Shown: one piece after another, positions 63,176 through 64,000 of the stretch | How the letters are laid out: every line of letters begins with the position of its first letter | Position numbering within the stretch: position 1 is the first letter of the stretch | Source: Octopus sinensis | Taxonomy: Eukaryota | Direction of reading: 5' to 3' | Assembly: GCF_006345805.1 (NCBI RefSeq) | Contig: NC_043020.1 | Span: forward strand, 7,316,001-7,380,000 | DNA length: 64,000 bases | Made by a program: the position numbers and the translations under genes | Notes under the pieces: generated by a model | What the model was told of the DNA's origin: nothing | Database searches by the model: none | What the model saw: only the letters and a program-made list of their open reading frames with translations

Positions 63176-64000
63176 TATCAAGAATATAATTATGGTAATA
63201 AATCGACGAATACTTGGTTGCTACTTTAATCTATCAACCTTGAAAGGATGAAAGGCAAAGTTCGTGCCAACGCGATTTGAATTTTTAAAGTAAAGGGCAG
63301 TAATTACTGCATAATTTTTTCACTGATTCCGTGCTGATTCTGTTAATTTACCGTATTGCTTGATGCTTTTTGTCTCCTTATTGGGGAACCTCGAAATATA
63401 TCATCCTTTTTTCCTAGTGAATTCCTGGAGTACCATAACCTGACTCCCCATAGACAATAAGTCATAGCTACAGAGTGATGCCCCACTAACATCGTTTCCT
63501 TATAACTTTCTAAATAAAAATTTACTTTGGAATGAAAATTTGCAGAGCTATGTTTTCAAGGGTGTAGATTAGACTTATGTTGATATCATCAGAAATTCTT
63601 TCTTTTAAAAGAATTTCAGATCATTTTTCCTACTCACGAATTTTTTTTTTCGTCATAACTCTCTTGAAAACGCATATCTTTAAATGACATTTTGCAGAAA
63701 TATATTTTCCCGAGTATGGATTACGCAATGTTATTGTTCGAACGTAGAAATCGGGGAAAATGTAAAAAAGCTAAATAGAATTTGGTAACAAGGCAAGTAC
63801 ACAGGATGAAAGAAAACGATAAGAAATTCCTCACCTCGAAAACATAAAAAAAAAATTTCTAAATATTTTTAATCACTATAATTGTAATCTAGACACTAAA
63901 AAACTATACGGAAACCAAACCTGAGGCTGGAGCACTTATCTGTAGTTATACTCTCAATATATGGGTTGAGAAATTAGATGTTGCCGTCAAAATTAAACAT

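Overview
AT-rich, repeat-dense eukaryotic genomic DNA. The SINE, RTE-LINE and microsatellite families point to an octopus (inference, not a database result). I can support two protein-coding genes, both on the minus strand. One is an intronless PGRMC1/2 (MAPR) gene at 6479-7117 (212 aa). The other is a TAF5L gene that I assembled by hand from 15 GT-AG coding exons at 26945-59258; all phases are consistent, giving 1815 nt and 604 aa. There is one tRNA-Asp(GTC)-like gene at 13205-13278. The rest is tRNA-derived SINEs (including two head-to-tail arrays), decayed RTE LINEs, Helitron, hAT, mariner and piggyBac-like MITEs, a Merlin-like transposase remnant and long microsatellites. Nearly all other ORFs in the supplied track are repeat artefacts. 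The main signal of interest is a set of non-coding, hammerhead-ribozyme-bearing mobile elements. A 488-bp structured unit at 9232-10238 carries a complete type I hammerhead (perfect CUGAUGA/GAAA core, 8-bp stem I, GUA site) on each strand in a partial-tandem plus inverted layout. Three further palindromic 'inverted arm + tail' insertions share that architecture (41.9, 44.8 and 49.7 kb), and one of them fuses a tRNA-type Pol III head to a hammerhead. Several minimal hammerheads lie sense in TAF5L introns. This resembles a Penelope-mobilised, retrozyme-like system; ribozyme activity is inferred from sequence only. Also notable: a templated copy of the TAF5L exon-2 splice donor inside intron 1, site-specific SINE-into-SINE insertion, and a duplicated PGRMC promoter. 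Coordinates were counted by hand, and repeat boundaries are approximate.
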